A stretch of 64,000 nt of DNA, from positions 108,626,001 through 108,690,000 of the forward strand of contig NC_045696.1 of NCBI RefSeq assembly GCF_009834535.1, given 5' to 3'. Below are positions 25,400 through 39,114 of this stretch, piece by piece (the first letter of the stretch is position 1; each line of letters starts with the position of its first letter). This DNA comes from Camelus ferus. Its lineage: Eukaryota. The position numbers were made by a program, and so were the translations under genes. The notes under the pieces were generated by a model that was not told the DNA's origin, ran no database searches, and worked only from the letters and a program-made list of their open reading frames with translations.

Positions 25400-26030
25400 T
25401 ATTTTCACCCTCTGTCTTGAGGACTCATTCCATGGATGGCCCACAAGCAGATGTCCACAGCCTCTTGCTTCTCGAACCTCCCTCCCCTACCCCACATCCA
25501 CATGTCACCACAGCCTGTCATCTCTAGGTTCTGAGCTATCCCTACCTTGGTTCAGGCCCTTGTCTCATCACCAGCTCCCTGATGTCCCCACTGTTGCCTA
25601 CCTCCCCCGCACACCTCCCAGAGAAATCTTCCAGTAACAGGGATCAGAATCAATGCCACTTTCCTGTCTAAAACCTCCGAGGGCACCCCTGACTTGGCAA
25701 TAAAGTCCTGTGCCTGGTCGTGGCTTTTCCACAGCCCCTCGGGATCAGTGGGCCCGCTCACCCTTCCAGCCTCTTCGTCAGCCTCTCCCTGCCGCTATGC
25801 ACCCATGCCTGGCTGCCCAAGGAGCTACTATCGGTGTCAGAACCACTCAAGACCCCCTCCTCCAGGAAGCACCGTCTCCTCTGAGCCTGTTCTAGACATC
25901 TATGTGCCCACACTGGGTCTGTCTGTTTACCCACCTGCCTCCCCCGCCAAGCTGCTCCCAGCGCCCTGCGCATCTTTGCCTGCCCATACCTAGATGGTGC
26001 TCACGTTCTCGTGTTCAATGAGCAAAAAAG
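25400..26030 (+). mobile_element. Degenerate L2 fragment
   Basis: atgccactttcctgtctaaaacctcc ... aataaagtcc ... tagatggtgctca. Confidence 0.5.
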
Positions 26031-26327
26031 TGGGTATAGGCAAGACAAACTTTGAAGAGCTCAGACTTTTTTAAAATAAACTTTTTCCTACTATATGATT
26101 TACCACCTTCTAAGACATCACTAACTCAGATCTCTGCAAGCCCTTCCCACCCACCTCTGAACCTGAAATGTGCCCATTCCCTCTGGCTTAGCTCGCAGGC
26201 CACTCCCTCCAAGACAGTGCCCCTCACTCCCCGGCTGGCATGAATGTCTCCCCCCTAAAACATCCCCTTAGCACCATCCATGCATCTGTGTCTGTCTTCC
26301 CCACTGGCACGGTCTGTCTTGTGTTAA

Positions 26328-26585
26328 ATATGGAGTCAGGGAGCCCAGGAAGGGACCCTGGCCCCACCTCCTACCAACTGTGACCACGGGCAAGTCACTA
26401 ATCTCTCTAAGCCTCAGGCTCCCCACTTGCAAATTAGGAATAATAGTGCTTCCTACCTGCTATAATAATAATAGTATATAATGACAGTGCATAATAGTAA
26501 TAGTGCCTGCTTGTCCTGGCAGAGAGTAAACTTGTATAATCCATGTAAATGATTTGTGTATGAAGCAGTCAAAAGAGTTAGCTCA
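26328..26585 (+). mobile_element. MIR SINE
   Basis: gggcaagtcactaatctctctaagcctcag ... gcaaattaggaataatagtg. Confidence 0.75.
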
Positions 26586-29500
26586 TCACCATCCTCCTCC
26601 TCACCACCACCATCACCATCAGCATTCCGTCTCTGTCACTAAACAGTACATTTGCAAAGGCACAGGCCATCCCGTTTGTACCTGTCTGTGTCGAAGGTCC
26701 TGAGGCCCAGGTGGTAGCTTCATGTACTCGCTGAATTAAATTCATGATAAGACAGTACTTCCATCCCCAGTGGCTCCTGGGCTCTCAGATCTGTCCATGG
26801 TGATCCTCTCACTGAAACCCTTGGCTTTCCCCAAGCTCTCCTGGCCCTGACCCAGATCCCGGCGTCCTCTAGGGTGATGCAGGGTTTCCTGTAACTCCGA
26901 GTCCCGCCTACGTAGCCAGTCGCGCATGCTGGGGAGAGCCTGCATTTAGCGCCTCCCAGACTGGGCCTCCTGCTCGGATCTCCCCACTCCTGCTGCTGTT
27001 CCATCTGCTTCACAGGGAGACACTCAGGCCTCACCTCTCCTCTCCTCTCCTCCCCCAGAAGTTGTGCAGCTCCAAGCTCTCCGCCCACAGCAAATTGTCT
27101 TCCTCACCCTCCTGCCTCCCCGACGTTGGCCCCACCTCTGCTCCCATGATTGCTGCATCCTGGATCTTCAATGGGTCAGATCCCCACCTCTGCAGCAGCT
27201 TGTCTGTTGGACAGTCAGCGCCCACCCACCTCCAACCTTTTGTGCTCCCCTCAGGCTCACAGGGGCGGGAAGCAAAGGAACTACATTTCCCAGAAGGCTG
27301 CGCTGTGGGTCTGGCTTAGAGCCCACCAATGAGAGGCCCGACCACCAGCTTTGGAAGGGGCACAGGAAGTGGCAGCCGGGATGCGGCTCTTGGGCCGGGG
27401 CAGTGCACAGCCTATGGGTTTTGGCAGACATGAAGTTTTCCCATGCACTTGCCTCCGCGTTAGAGGCAGCCGTGACCATTGCCGACGGGATCTTCAGGCT
27501 ACCGACTCCTTGGACACTAGTGGCCAACCTGAGGGTGCTCAGTGGCCTAGCCTGATCCGTTTCCCATCCCTTTCAAGGGCTTCGCAAGCACCTAAATTCC
27601 TATATCAAATCTGATTCTACTTGCAATACCCAGGGTATTTCTCTACTGACTACCTTTCTCCTCCCCCCACACAGCTTTTTTTCTAAAATAGGTTGAAATC
27701 ATTGTTCCCAAAGACCTCCTTTTATGCCACACGCTCTGAGAACTTGTGAGACCGTATTCAAAGGCACCAGGAACATGAAAATCCTCAAAGACCTGGTGTG
27801 CTGTGCTGATGACGGAGGCGGCGTGGGGTGAACCCTGGGCGCCCCGCCTCTCCCCCTTCCCCCTCCCCTACCTGATCTCCCCCCACTTCTCTTGAGAGAG
27901 AGGGGATGGAGATTGAGAGCGGAAGCTGTCTGCCTGACCTGGAAGAGGGCGGATGTAAAAGGAACAGTCAACACTGAATACACCGTGGTTACACGCCAGG
28001 ACTTGTTCTACATGCTGTACAGAAATTATGTAATTATGTCACTTAATCCTCAAAACAGCACAACAACCGTGCAGGGTAATAACAGCAAACAGCCATCGTG
28101 GGCGAGGACTCGCTCTGGGTGTCATGCTAACCACTCAGCTACCTTGTCGTGTTCAATTCTCCCCCAGCCCAGGAAGTCAGTGCCGCCATTACACCTTGCA
28201 ATAGACGCAGAAACCAAGATCCCGGAGGTGAAGCAGCTAGGCCCAGGTCCTACAGCTGCCAGCGACAGAATCAAAATTCAGCCCAGGCCTGTGTTACCCC
28301 TACATCTGATTGAAGCTTAGAGAAGGTGAGGTTCGAAGCTTCTGACCGTGACCTCCAGCCATTTTCATTGCTATTCAAATCCTAGAGATGCCAAGTCGTC
28401 CCAGGCCAGCACCCACCTGAGTCCTTCTCACACCTGCTGCCCCCTCCCCTTCCCCAGAAACACACACTCCCCAGAGGTCCAAGTAGGACCTCTGAAGGCT
28501 CTGCTTTTGCCCCACCCGAAATGTCCCCAGGGGTAATGTGATTAAAACAATTTACCCCTTTTTGCAAAGAAAGCTTAACTTTTCCCCCAGAAACAATTGC
28601 CTTTAGAAAGAGCCTAACTGACTTTGTACTCAGTAACAGGAGTTTGGAGCTGGGAGCAGTTCGTTTCTGCTCATCTCTCGTGCTGCCCTCGGCCCCAGCT
28701 TCCCCTTCTGAAATCTGGCTGAGGACCACCCAGTCTCCTCCATGAAGCCCTCCTCTGAGCCCAGGATCTCGTCCTGCTCAGGGCACGTGCCTGGACCTGG
28801 ATCTGCAGTAACATCCCACCTGCCACAAGCATCCTCTCTCCCACCCCTCCCTTTCCCCTCCTCACAGGTAACTCCCCAGCTAGGGACGGTGTGGAAACCG
28901 GGAGGCGGGGTGGCTGCAGTGACAGTGCCAAGGGGCAGTGTGCCTCCTTACCTCCACCAGCCCCCTACAGCCACCCCAAATAGGATCTCTGTTAAAACAG
29001 TGTGCATGCTTCATAGATAGAGAAGCCAGGGGCCCTGGGCCCCTTTAGACATGGAGGTGGGCTTGGGGGGTACCATTTCTACTCAAGACACTCATGCTGT
29101 CCCCAGACCTCGGAGAAATTTGGCAGGAGAGAGACACAAAGCTGCAGTGGAGAGGGAGTTGTGTGTCAGATTCTACCACAGTGCCTCTGAGAGAGGGGAC
29201 ACTGAGATGCAATTAGCCTACACACAGCCCCACAAGCACAAATTGCAGAACCATTATTTTGTAATTTCCATACGGAGGCCTTTGGAATAACAATCAAACT
29301 GAAGGCAAAGGGAAGACGAACAGCCCTGAGGGAGCCCAGGAAGGCTCTGCCCAGGGCCTCCCTGCCCAGCTCTAAATGAATGGCTGGTCCCCAGGAGGCA
29401 GGAAGCAGATGAGGGCCTCTTCTCACATGGGGTTGGTGGGCAGAGTCTTTCAGAGTACTTGCTCTAATGGGGTCAGGGAATCTTTGGCAGCAGCAGCAGC

Positions 29501-30754
29501 TGGAAGTCTCACATGGTACCAGTTAATTAGAGGCATTGTGATGGAGGCATGGGGCCTTGGATAGAAGTTTGTGTCCCAACTGGATGCAGAAGCATGAGTT
29601 TCATTTGGATGGAGATATGGATCCCAGCTGGATGGAGACATGGGCCCATAAGCAAGTTACCATCACTCTGCAGGCTCAGGGCCCTACGACAACTCACTGC
29701 AGCCTTCTGGGCCATCACTGCCCCAGCCCAGGAGAGGCGTCAATTCTCTGGGAAGACGTTATAGAGGGTAACTCTTTAGTGGGTGGTTGGCTGGTTTTTA
29801 AACTTACGTCTACTACTTCCCACTTCCCAACCCAGGCACTGTTTTGGGCTCAGCATTATGGTGTTAGATGCTGGATACGGAGACCTGTGGCACCTGCTCA
29901 CAAGCACTGTTACTCCAAGGATCTTCTCTGGAGGATACTGTGGGTGTAGAAATCAGAGAACAGGAAAAGGAACCCAGAGAAGAGAATGAGCCCACTCAGA
30001 TCTATGAGATGGACTCTGTCCTAGAAGCCAAGCGCATAGTAGGTGCTCAGAAAGTCCAGGGTGAATCTGAAGGCACACTAGGAGAAGGTAAATATTCTCT
30101 TAAATTTGAAAACTCTTCTGTCACTGGATTCCTTGAGGCTTAGCCCCTGGCTGCTGTGAGCCCACCTCCTCCTTAAGAAAGATGCAAGACCAGGTTTCTC
30201 TGGGCACAGCACATCCCAGCTCCCAAACTCTCTCTGCCTCCCTCTTACACAGGAGGTTCCTCCTCTGTCCATTTGTCCACCAGCACACTGGCCTTACAGA
30301 CTTGACTGCTCTTTGGCAAGACACAGCTGTGGCTCAAGAAGGTGCTGGCTTTGCAGTGTCCAGGCCACCGGGTGAAGAGCTGCTGGTCCAGGCTGCTTCT
30401 ACCAATCTGCACATCACAGATATAGGAACTGGTCTTGCATGTGGCTGGTCTTCCCTCCCACCTGGGGCCAGAGAGCTGGGCTTCTGGTGATTTGCCCAGC
30501 CTGCTACTTTCCCTCCAGGAGACAAGCAGCCTCAGGCCCCTCGGGCTCCCAGGACACCTCCCTGGGCGGACCCAGTGCCTCTCCTCTGTCCCAGAGCATG
30601 TCAGCTTCTTCTTCTGCTCCTTTCCTCCCCCCACCCCTTACTGGGCCCAGTGTTTTAAAGGCCCCCAGCTTTCTCATCCTGGGCCTTTAAGAGTCTGGCT
30701 TCTTATCCCAGCAGACTCATTCTGGGCAGGATCTGGGAAATGCAGGACATAGAG

Positions 30755-30950
30755 GCCCAGTGTTCAGGCTCCAGTCCAGGCTGTGCCGCTGGTTGCTATC
30801 CAAGCCTCAGCCTATCTGCCTTACCCTAGGGACCTCAGTTCCACCATCTGCAAAATGGAGTGATTAACAATAGCACCTACTTCAAAGAGTTTTGTGAGGA
30901 TTAAATGAATTGATGCTGATTACATCCATTTGATAGAGTCTACCTCATGG
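30755..30950 (+). mobile_element. MIR SINE
   Basis: cctcagttccaccatctgcaaaatggag ... ttttgtgaggattaaatga. Confidence 0.75.
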
Positions 30951-31721
30951 TAAGGGCTGCCAAATTAGGCTCAAAGTTCTGAGGGGATGAGTCATACTCA
31001 GAGGTTAATGACTACACCAATGGGAAGGCGGACCTTCCAGGGGGTCTCAACTGAAACTCAGCGAAGTCAGCCCACAAAGACCTTAGCTGCTCCAGAGCAT
31101 CCAACCTCTAGTTATAACCCCAAGATTCACTCGCTGGGCTGTCCAGCCCCCATCCACACCCCCGTGTGTGTGTTAAAGTGGTGCACATCCGATGGTCTTT
31201 ATGTTTGCCCACACCCAATACGGTGTCCCTTCAGGTCCCTGTCAATCCAGTCAGCATCTCCTCCTATGTCTTCCCCTTCCCTGGGATTGCAACCAGTGCC
31301 CAGCAAGTCTACGCCCAGCCACTTCACTTCACGGTACGCTGAAAGGCAGGCGTGGCCATCAGAGGAAATTCCTGCCAGGACCATGGAGAGGGCAGGAGGG
31401 ACAGCTGACACCAGAGCTGGGAGGGGCAGGGCTGAGCTGGCAAGTCAGGGGCAGTGGCTAGGAGAGCAGGAAGACACACATGCTATCTGAGAGAGGAAGA
31501 GAGAATAAGCAGCCGAGGGCTGCCTCTCCTGCAGGGGGCAGTAGGAGATCCTCAGGACTCAGCTCAGCAGTAGGACCAGGTGGAACCTGCACCTTTCTCT
31601 GGAGGCTGAGACTTGTTTTATGAGGCCCATCAGCCACTCTCCCTTTCTCTCTCTCTGTGAGGTGGTCCCTTTGGCGAAGCACACTTGGAGTCTACCTCTC
31701 TCCCTTCTTCCTTTCTGCTTC

Positions 31722-32920
31722 TTAAACAGCTTTTAGGAGGTATGATTAACACACCATAAAATTCATGTTAGTGTACAGTTCAACGATTTTTAGTGAGTTT
31801 ATAGAGCTGTGCAACAATCACCCCAATCCAACTTTAGAACACTTCCATCACCCCCCTCAAAAGCTCCCTCATGCCCATTTACAGTCAATAACTGCTCCCA
31901 CCCCAACCCTGAGCAACCACTGGTCTACTTTCGGTCTACAGAGTCCTTTTTCTAGATACTACATAGACTTGTTTTATATTTTCCTTGCATCTGGCTTCTT
32001 TCACTTAGCATAATGTTTTTGAAGTTCATCCATATTGCAGCATATATGAATGCTTCATCCCTTTCTATTGATAAATAACGTTCCATTGTATGGATATACC
32101 ACATTTTGTTTCTCCATTGACCAGTCTATAGACATTTGTATAATTTCCACATTTTGGCTGTTACAAATAATGCTGCTGTGAACATGTATATCCGAGTCAT
32201 TGTGTGGACATATGTCTCCATTCTCTTGGGTAGAAACCTAGGAATAGAATTACTGGGTCATATGGTAAATTTATGTTTCACTTAAGAAATGGCCAAATTG
32301 TTTTCCAAAACAGCTGTGCAATTTACATTCCCATCAGTAACATACAAGGAGCCCATTCTTTAGATTTAAAATTTAGAATTATAGTCATGCTAGTGGGCCT
32401 GAAGTGGTATCTTATTGTGGTTTTGATTTGCATTTTCTTGCTGACTGATGATGGTGAGTATGTTTTCATGTACAAATGAGTCATTTTTATATCTTCTTTA
32501 CTGAAATGCCTATTCAAATATTTTGCTCATGTTTTAGCTGAATTGTTTGACTTCCTATTATTGAGTTTTAAAAGTTCTATATATTCTGAATACAAGCCCC
32601 TTATCAGATGTATGTTGTACAAATATTTTTCTCCCAATCTGTGCTGTGTCTTCTAATCTTCTTAATGGTCTCTTCTGAAGAGCAAAAGTTTTATTTGTGA
32701 TGAAATCCAATTTACCAATTTTCTCTCTTTCGGATTGTGCTTTTGAAGTCATAGCAAAGAAGGCTTTGCTGGAAGATCAAAAAATATTTTCCTGAAGGTT
32801 TTATAGGTTTGGTTTTTCCATTTAGGTTAATGATCCATTTTGAGTAGATATTTGCGTATGGTGTGAGGTCAGGGTCTAAGTTTGTTTCTCTTGTATATGA
32901 ATATCCAACTGTCCCACCAC
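31722..32920 (-). mobile_element. Old L1 (L1MB-like), 3'UTR plus ORF2 C-terminal part
   Basis: Minus-strand ORFs MNRHFSKEDIKM...IKTTIRYHF and KIGKLDFI...SDKGLVFRIY are ORF2p relics. L1MB-type 3' end. Confidence 0.88.
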
Positions 32921-34569
32921 TGTGCCTTCTTTCTAAATAGACACCAGGAGTTCACTTCTTGGGATGTTTTCCAACCACCAATGTGACTCTTACCATCCCC
33001 CATCCTCAGATGCTTCAAATGTGAGGACAGTAACACTGCCTACAAGGCCCAGGGGCTCCTCACCATGCCAGCCCCTCGCAGGGTGCAGAGCACACCTCTC
33101 CCCTCTTAGAGTGACCTGCCCACTATTTACACTCGAGCTGGAGGCAAAGATGGAGGAGAACTGTGAGGACGATGGGGATGGAGGCAGGATAGCAGCCTTC
33201 CTACCACAGAGAGCAGGAAGCCACCACACCTCCTTATTAGCCAAACCCTTGTCCTTGTCTAATAAAAAGCACCACCAGCCCCCAGCTATTGGCAGCTAGT
33301 GTTGGGAAGCAGGAGAAAGAGACAGTTCGTCCTCCCTAGACATCTCATCGGGCTCTCATGTGAGCATCTCATCTCATCTCATGTGAGCATCAGAGAAACT
33401 GACCTTCTCTCTGGGGGGCTGGGTTGCACGCTGCCGATGGAGATGGAGAAATGTGGGCGCTGTGGTTGGAGGGTGAGGACCCAGCAGCAGGCCTGCTGAT
33501 CAGAAAGCTCGCAGAATGCAGGCTAGGGATGCCCACACAATCGAACTCTGCGGCAGACAAAAGGAAAATGCCAGCAGACCCTCTGGCACGCCAAATGTCT
33601 GAATTCCCAGATGGGCAGAGCTGCCAGGGTGGCTGGCAAGGCTGCCTCTGGCTCCGGGAGGGCTGCAGAGATAGGAGAGATGGGCTGAGGGTGTGGAGCA
33701 GCCCTGACAGGAAGTGCGGGGTCCCTGGAGGGATGGCTCAGGCATCCGGTCACAGTGATCTGGGCATCATACTTTGAAAACAGCTTTCTACATCCAGAGA
33801 TCACCAAACATTCCCAGAAATCTTTCTTAACCTGGGAGGCACTGCTGCTGCTCCCATCACACTCCAGAAAGTTTTCAAATAAAACAGCACACAGAACAGC
33901 ATATATATTCCATCTATGGCTCCTTTCAAGCCGCTGGCTGAATTACACGTGGTGGGCTCTCTCTGCCAGCCTGTGGGTCCCATCCTTGCTCCCCATGCCC
34001 CTCCAGCATGGCCTCGCTCACCCCCTCTGATGCTGTTCACATGGCCTTTACCGAAAGGTCACATGCACTGAGGAGAAGGGACAGCTCCCCAAAATGTAAG
34101 GACTGGAAAGAGCCTTGGCCATAACTTGGTGCCATCCCTACACATTCAGATGCAGAAACTGAGACCCAGAGGGGAGATGACTGGGCCCAACCCCACAGCC
34201 TAGGAGCCTGGACCAGATCTGATCAGTGCCGCTGCCTCTGGGCCAGTGACCAGCACGTTCCCAGGCGGGAAAGACATCGGTAGGTTTTGATCATGAAGTG
34301 ATTCAAGATCTAATGGAAAGCGTTCTGCTCAGCAGCAGATGGAGAACCATATTTCTAAAAGCAGGGACTGTGCGGTACTTAGTCAATGAAACCTTGGGAG
34401 ACGATGTAAATAGTTAAGGAACAGAATTAACCCTAAAGGAAAATCATTGAATGGTTTTGCCTATAAACTCCAGGACTATAAAGTCTGGAAAGAAAGAATG
34501 GAAAGCCGACAGAAAGCCCTAAACTTGCATTTCCTCATTCATTCATTCATTCAACAAATATCTGTTGAT

Positions 34570-35497
34570 GGAAATGCATCACGTATGTTTAAATCTATGA
34601 GCGCATAATGATATTTCAAATGAAAATCCTCATTGGTCAACTTTAGAAGCTGTAGGGACCAACTCATTATTTGGAAAACTGACAAAGAGAAAGAGTCAAG
34701 CATTTATCTGCCCTTTCTATACAAACTATACCTCAGGGTAAGCAAATCACAATGAAGGTAAATTTCTCCTTATGAAAGTATTTCAGCTAATATTTGCAGA
34801 AGGGAAAACAGAGGAGTGTTACCATTTTGTCAAGTCTAATGAAATACTGGGCCTGGGCGAGGATAACCCATACCTCTCACATCATGGACGAGCAGACACG
34901 ATGTGCATCCTGATGGAAGGAGATGAGACCGAAGCGTTCTTTCCAAAGAAACAAACCTGAATCTTATCAAGCCTCTTAAGTTCAATTTATGGAAAATGCA
35001 GGGGACAGCGGAACATGTGAAACAGCATCACTGGAATGCAATTAGCAAACCTAGATTATGGGACACTCTAGAGGACAAAGTGCCTGGTTTCTTCAACAGA
35101 TTTCAAGAATAAAACAAGAGAGTTGGAGGGAGAACGGCAGATTAAAAGAGACTAAAAGACATTATAAACAATTGCAATTTAAGGACCTTCTTTAGAGCCT
35201 AATTCAAACATCAACAACAAATCTGAAAAAAAGAAAAAGTTAGAGAACTTTGAAAACTCACTGGATATTTGATGCCATTAGATATGATAATGGCACTGTA
35301 GTTACTTTTTCTAAAGAACCCTTATCTTTAAGAGATACTTCCTGAAATATGTATAGATGAACCTTACATGAGGTCTTGGGTTTACTTCCACACAGGGGGA
35401 CAGGTGAAAACACATTGGCCCAGGAGTGGGTTCGTTATCCTATTCTTTCTACTTTCACACGTGTTTAAACCTTTCCATTATAAATAAGTTAAAAATG
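34570..35497 (+). mobile_element. Old L1 3' end (L1MC-like)
   Basis: gggaccaactcattatttggaaaactg ... cctgaatcttatcaagcctct ... ctttccattataaataagttaaaa. Confidence 0.75.
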
Positions 35498-35564
35498 TAT
35501 TCTTAAGCTCGGGCTACTGGGTGACAGTGCAGAGGACGGGACAGTGAACCAGAAAGAGAATAAA

Positions 35565-35729
35565 GCTATATTCAATATCTGGTAGTAACCTATAATGAGT
35601 AAGAATATGAAAACAAATATATGTATGTATATGTATAACAGAAATATTACGCTGTGCACCAGAAATTGACACAACATTATAAACTGAGTATACTTCAACT
35701 TAAAAACAAAAACAAAAACAAAAACAAAC
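35565..35729 (+). mobile_element. Young L1 extreme 3' end with (AAAAAC)n tail
   Basis: ctatattcaatatctggtagtaacctataatg ... caccagaaattgacacaacatt. Same family as 12318-12800. Confidence 0.85.
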
Positions 35730-38269
35730 TACTCTCATGGGGCTCTCAGGGCTTCCATTCTAGCGAGGGTAGACAGGGGATGGAGAGACAGACAGCAAAT
35801 CAACAAATGCCTAAGACAAGGTCATGCAACGGTAAATGCCTTGACGACAACAGAACAGGGAAAATTAGGGTGATAGGGACGGGGCATGAGGGATGCTTTA
35901 GACTGTAAGGTCTGGGAAGGTCAGAGCCAGCTACATGAAAGGTCAGGGAAATAACTGTCTAGGCAGAAGGAGTAGCAAGCGCCAAAGGCCTCAGGCAGGA
36001 ATGACCGTGGACCATTTGGGAGGCAGGAAGGCTGCTGTGGCTGCAGCCCAGTGAGCCTGGATGGAGTGGAAGGAGATATGTCATAGAACGGGGTGGGGTC
36101 AGGCCACTGAGGGCTGGGAGGGAATTTGGCTTTTTAATAAAGAGATGGTGATGGTTTTATTAAGGGAAAGAGGATGGCAGACGGGGCTGGGCTCTACAGC
36201 CGAGACAGACCAGAGCAGAGACTGGAACATATTCTCGAGGTGGAGCTGATATGGAAGCTGCTGATGGCCTGGACGCAGGGCTGGGGAAGATGCCGAGGGG
36301 CAGAATCAGAAGTGACCTAACTCATTTGATTCAACAGTGGGGTCTGGGGTGGTGCCATTTATTAAGATGTTAGAAAGTGGGGAGTGATTGATGTGAAGGG
36401 GAAAATCAAGAGTTCCGCGTGGGTGGCATTGAGTTTGAAAGGTCTCTTAGCTATCCAAGGGGAGATGTCAAGTCAGTCGGTGAATATATGGCTTCTTGAG
36501 CCCGGGTCTTGGTGGAGATGTAAATTCTGGAGTCATTAGCATATAGATGGTATTTAGAGCCAAGAGCTTTTTCACTCATTACCAAAATAAAGCACTGAGA
36601 GGAGCCCCCACTCCCTTTCTGAAGACATGCCCGGAACTTCAAATGAAACGTTGTTGGAACAGAAAGAAGTGTCAAACTGCTTTCCATTTTCAGTCCCCAG
36701 AGCCCCGCATCTAAGACTGCACGTCCAGGTCCAGCAAGGTCTCTCTTTATCTTCCTGTCACTCTGCTTCATGAACTCTTAGAAGAAGCCACACAAACCCT
36801 TCCTTTGACAGCATATGCAACTCCGACCCTCTTTAAGGACTCTTTTAAAAGTCATTTTATTCTCATGAAGACTTCATGTCCCTCCAACTGGATGGAAATT
36901 ATCTTTCTTTCTCTGAACTGCCATTGACCTGTACCTGCCTTTCTAAGATCCTTCTGTTCTCAGCCTGGTACCGTGAATTTGTGGGCACAGTCAGCCTCAG
37001 CCAGACTATGATGTCCCCACGAGCAAAGACTGTGTTGGTCTGACCTCTGGATCCCAGCATCTCTGCTACAGAACCCAGACCAGTCTGCCCTCATCTTTCC
37101 TTTAATAAAAACCCTCACCATCCCTCTTAAAAAAACCAAAGGGAATGGATGTTTGGAACCACAGGATATCCTTAGTGGTTCTTCCAGGGAAGGATTGCCT
37201 GTTATTGAAGGTTTACAAAACTTATGCCAAGGCAGAGCCAGATCAGGTCACTAAAGGAAGTCAGGCTGGGAGCAAGTCTCCTTGGCCTTTGAGGAGGATC
37301 CCATGAAAGGAGGTGGCCCTGCCCACTCCCCAGAAGCCTCCAGCTGTGTGGGAGGAAAGAAGACATGAACCAGACCGACCGCCCTCTGATCCTCCCGACC
37401 ACACCTAGGCAGTAGGACAGCGAGCACTTGGCCACGTGCATCTTTTTGATGGTGTGCAGAATTAGAGCTTACAGTCAGCTGTCCCTTTCCATCCACCTGT
37501 CTCAGGTAGGACAGAGGAACTCCCTCTCCCCTGCCCCAGACCCACCTCCCACCCTGCCATCCAACCTGCAGCTTTCAATTTGTACTTTAGCAGTGCAAAA
37601 GAATGCAAACATCTGGATAAAACTGCAAAACCAGGGAGTTAAATAGAATGCAAAAAGATATCTGAATAAATGAATTAATGACTTTATTGTGTACAGTTTT
37701 TCCTTCAGTACTATCGCCACCCACTCCATCGCAAACTCCTCACAATAATAAGCAAATGACCTGGGCTGATGAAAAGAGGAAGGCCATCTGGCAGTGACAT
37801 TGACAGTCCCTTCCTTACCTCCTTGGGCTGGGAACTCTTTCCCAAACTCTAGGGCTCAGCTTCCCAATGGCCTGGCCAGTTCTACTGCCAGTAATGCTGA
37901 TCGATGAGCCCAGAGACACCTGGCTTTCTACCTCTGACACAATCAAAAGCCAAAGCCCCACTGGTCCAGAACAGGTCAGGTGGACTCTGAGGTTCCTTGG
38001 CTGCCCAATTCCAACAAAGGCACGCAGGCAGCCCTGAATGTCAGACCCCCCGGGAGTGAAGATCTGAAAATTTTACAGGTCATCCAGAGCTTGGTGGACT
38101 GTTTCGGGCACCCTAGAGTGCAAAGCATCTCTCAGAGGCATAACACTATGTGCCAGGTTGGACAGTGTGACCCCTGACCCACACAGCATCACTTCAGACA
38201 CAAGTTCAGCTCCACAACTGGCATTTCATTCACATTATGTGAAACTGGCAGCATTCACATTTTACAATA

Positions 38270-38470
38270 GCTCTTTCATGGTTAAACTAATTTGGGAAAT
38301 GCTGCACAGCACATCTCCCTCCTACAGATTCAGGCTCGACTGTTCCCAGAAAGGCTCTGGAACGTGCCGTAGTAAAGAGACCTATTTGTGTTTAACTTAG
38401 AGTTTCTCAGTCATTCAAACACACAACCATTGTCGCTCATGTTCCCATGGTACGCCCTTGAGGAAACACT
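38270..38470. mobile_element. hAT-Charlie-type MITE fragment (MER103-like)
   Basis: taatttgggaaatgctg ... aaaggctctgg ... gtaaagagacctatttgtgtttaac. Confidence 0.5.
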
Positions 38471-39114
38471 ACTCACCATCTCCACGATCAAACCATTCTA
38501 ACGTTTTGGAAAGCATCCCATGTCAGTGGGACTCAAATGGCCATTAGAACCTTTAATACAAGGTCACCAATGTCATGTTTCAGAGTAAACACTGGAGGTT
38601 CAGAGTGGTTCAGTGAGTGGCCTAGGATCACAGAGCAGGTTATAGTAGAACCAGCAAGGGGACCCAGAGCTCCTGAAAGCAGGTCAGTGCTTGAACTCTG
38701 GGAGGACGCTACATGGGAGCAATCACACCAGGCCTGAGCCCACAGAACCCGGGTCAGCCCCAGTCTAACCTGGCAAGGCCTTACCCAGCTCTGCAGCCTG
38801 CTCACCAGCACATCTGTGTCCATCTGGCTTTTCTCATCAGAAACCCAGCACACTTCCCTGCCCAGGGCAAGCCCACTGGCCTCTACTGCTGCCGGAGGTC
38901 CTGCTCTAAACTGTCTTCCTTGGGTTCTAGATTCTTCTCCATTAACTCATAAAAGGTGGACAGCCTGACAGAGAAGGAACAGAGATCTTTTAGAAATCCC
39001 TTGCTCAGAACTTGCAAAACTGGTGACCCACAAGAAAGCTGGGCTTGGCCCAACAGAACACAAGAAGGTTTTGTTTTGTTTTTAATTGAATTGATTGTCT
39101 TACGAGAGCAGGCT

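Larger units (their letters stand above)
34533..36600 (-). mobile_element. L2 LINE interrupted by two L1 insertions
   Basis: Tail attcattcattcaacaaatat at about 34536. The body resumes after 35730 and runs to ggagatgtaaattctggagtcattagcatatagatggtattt. Confidence 0.75.
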
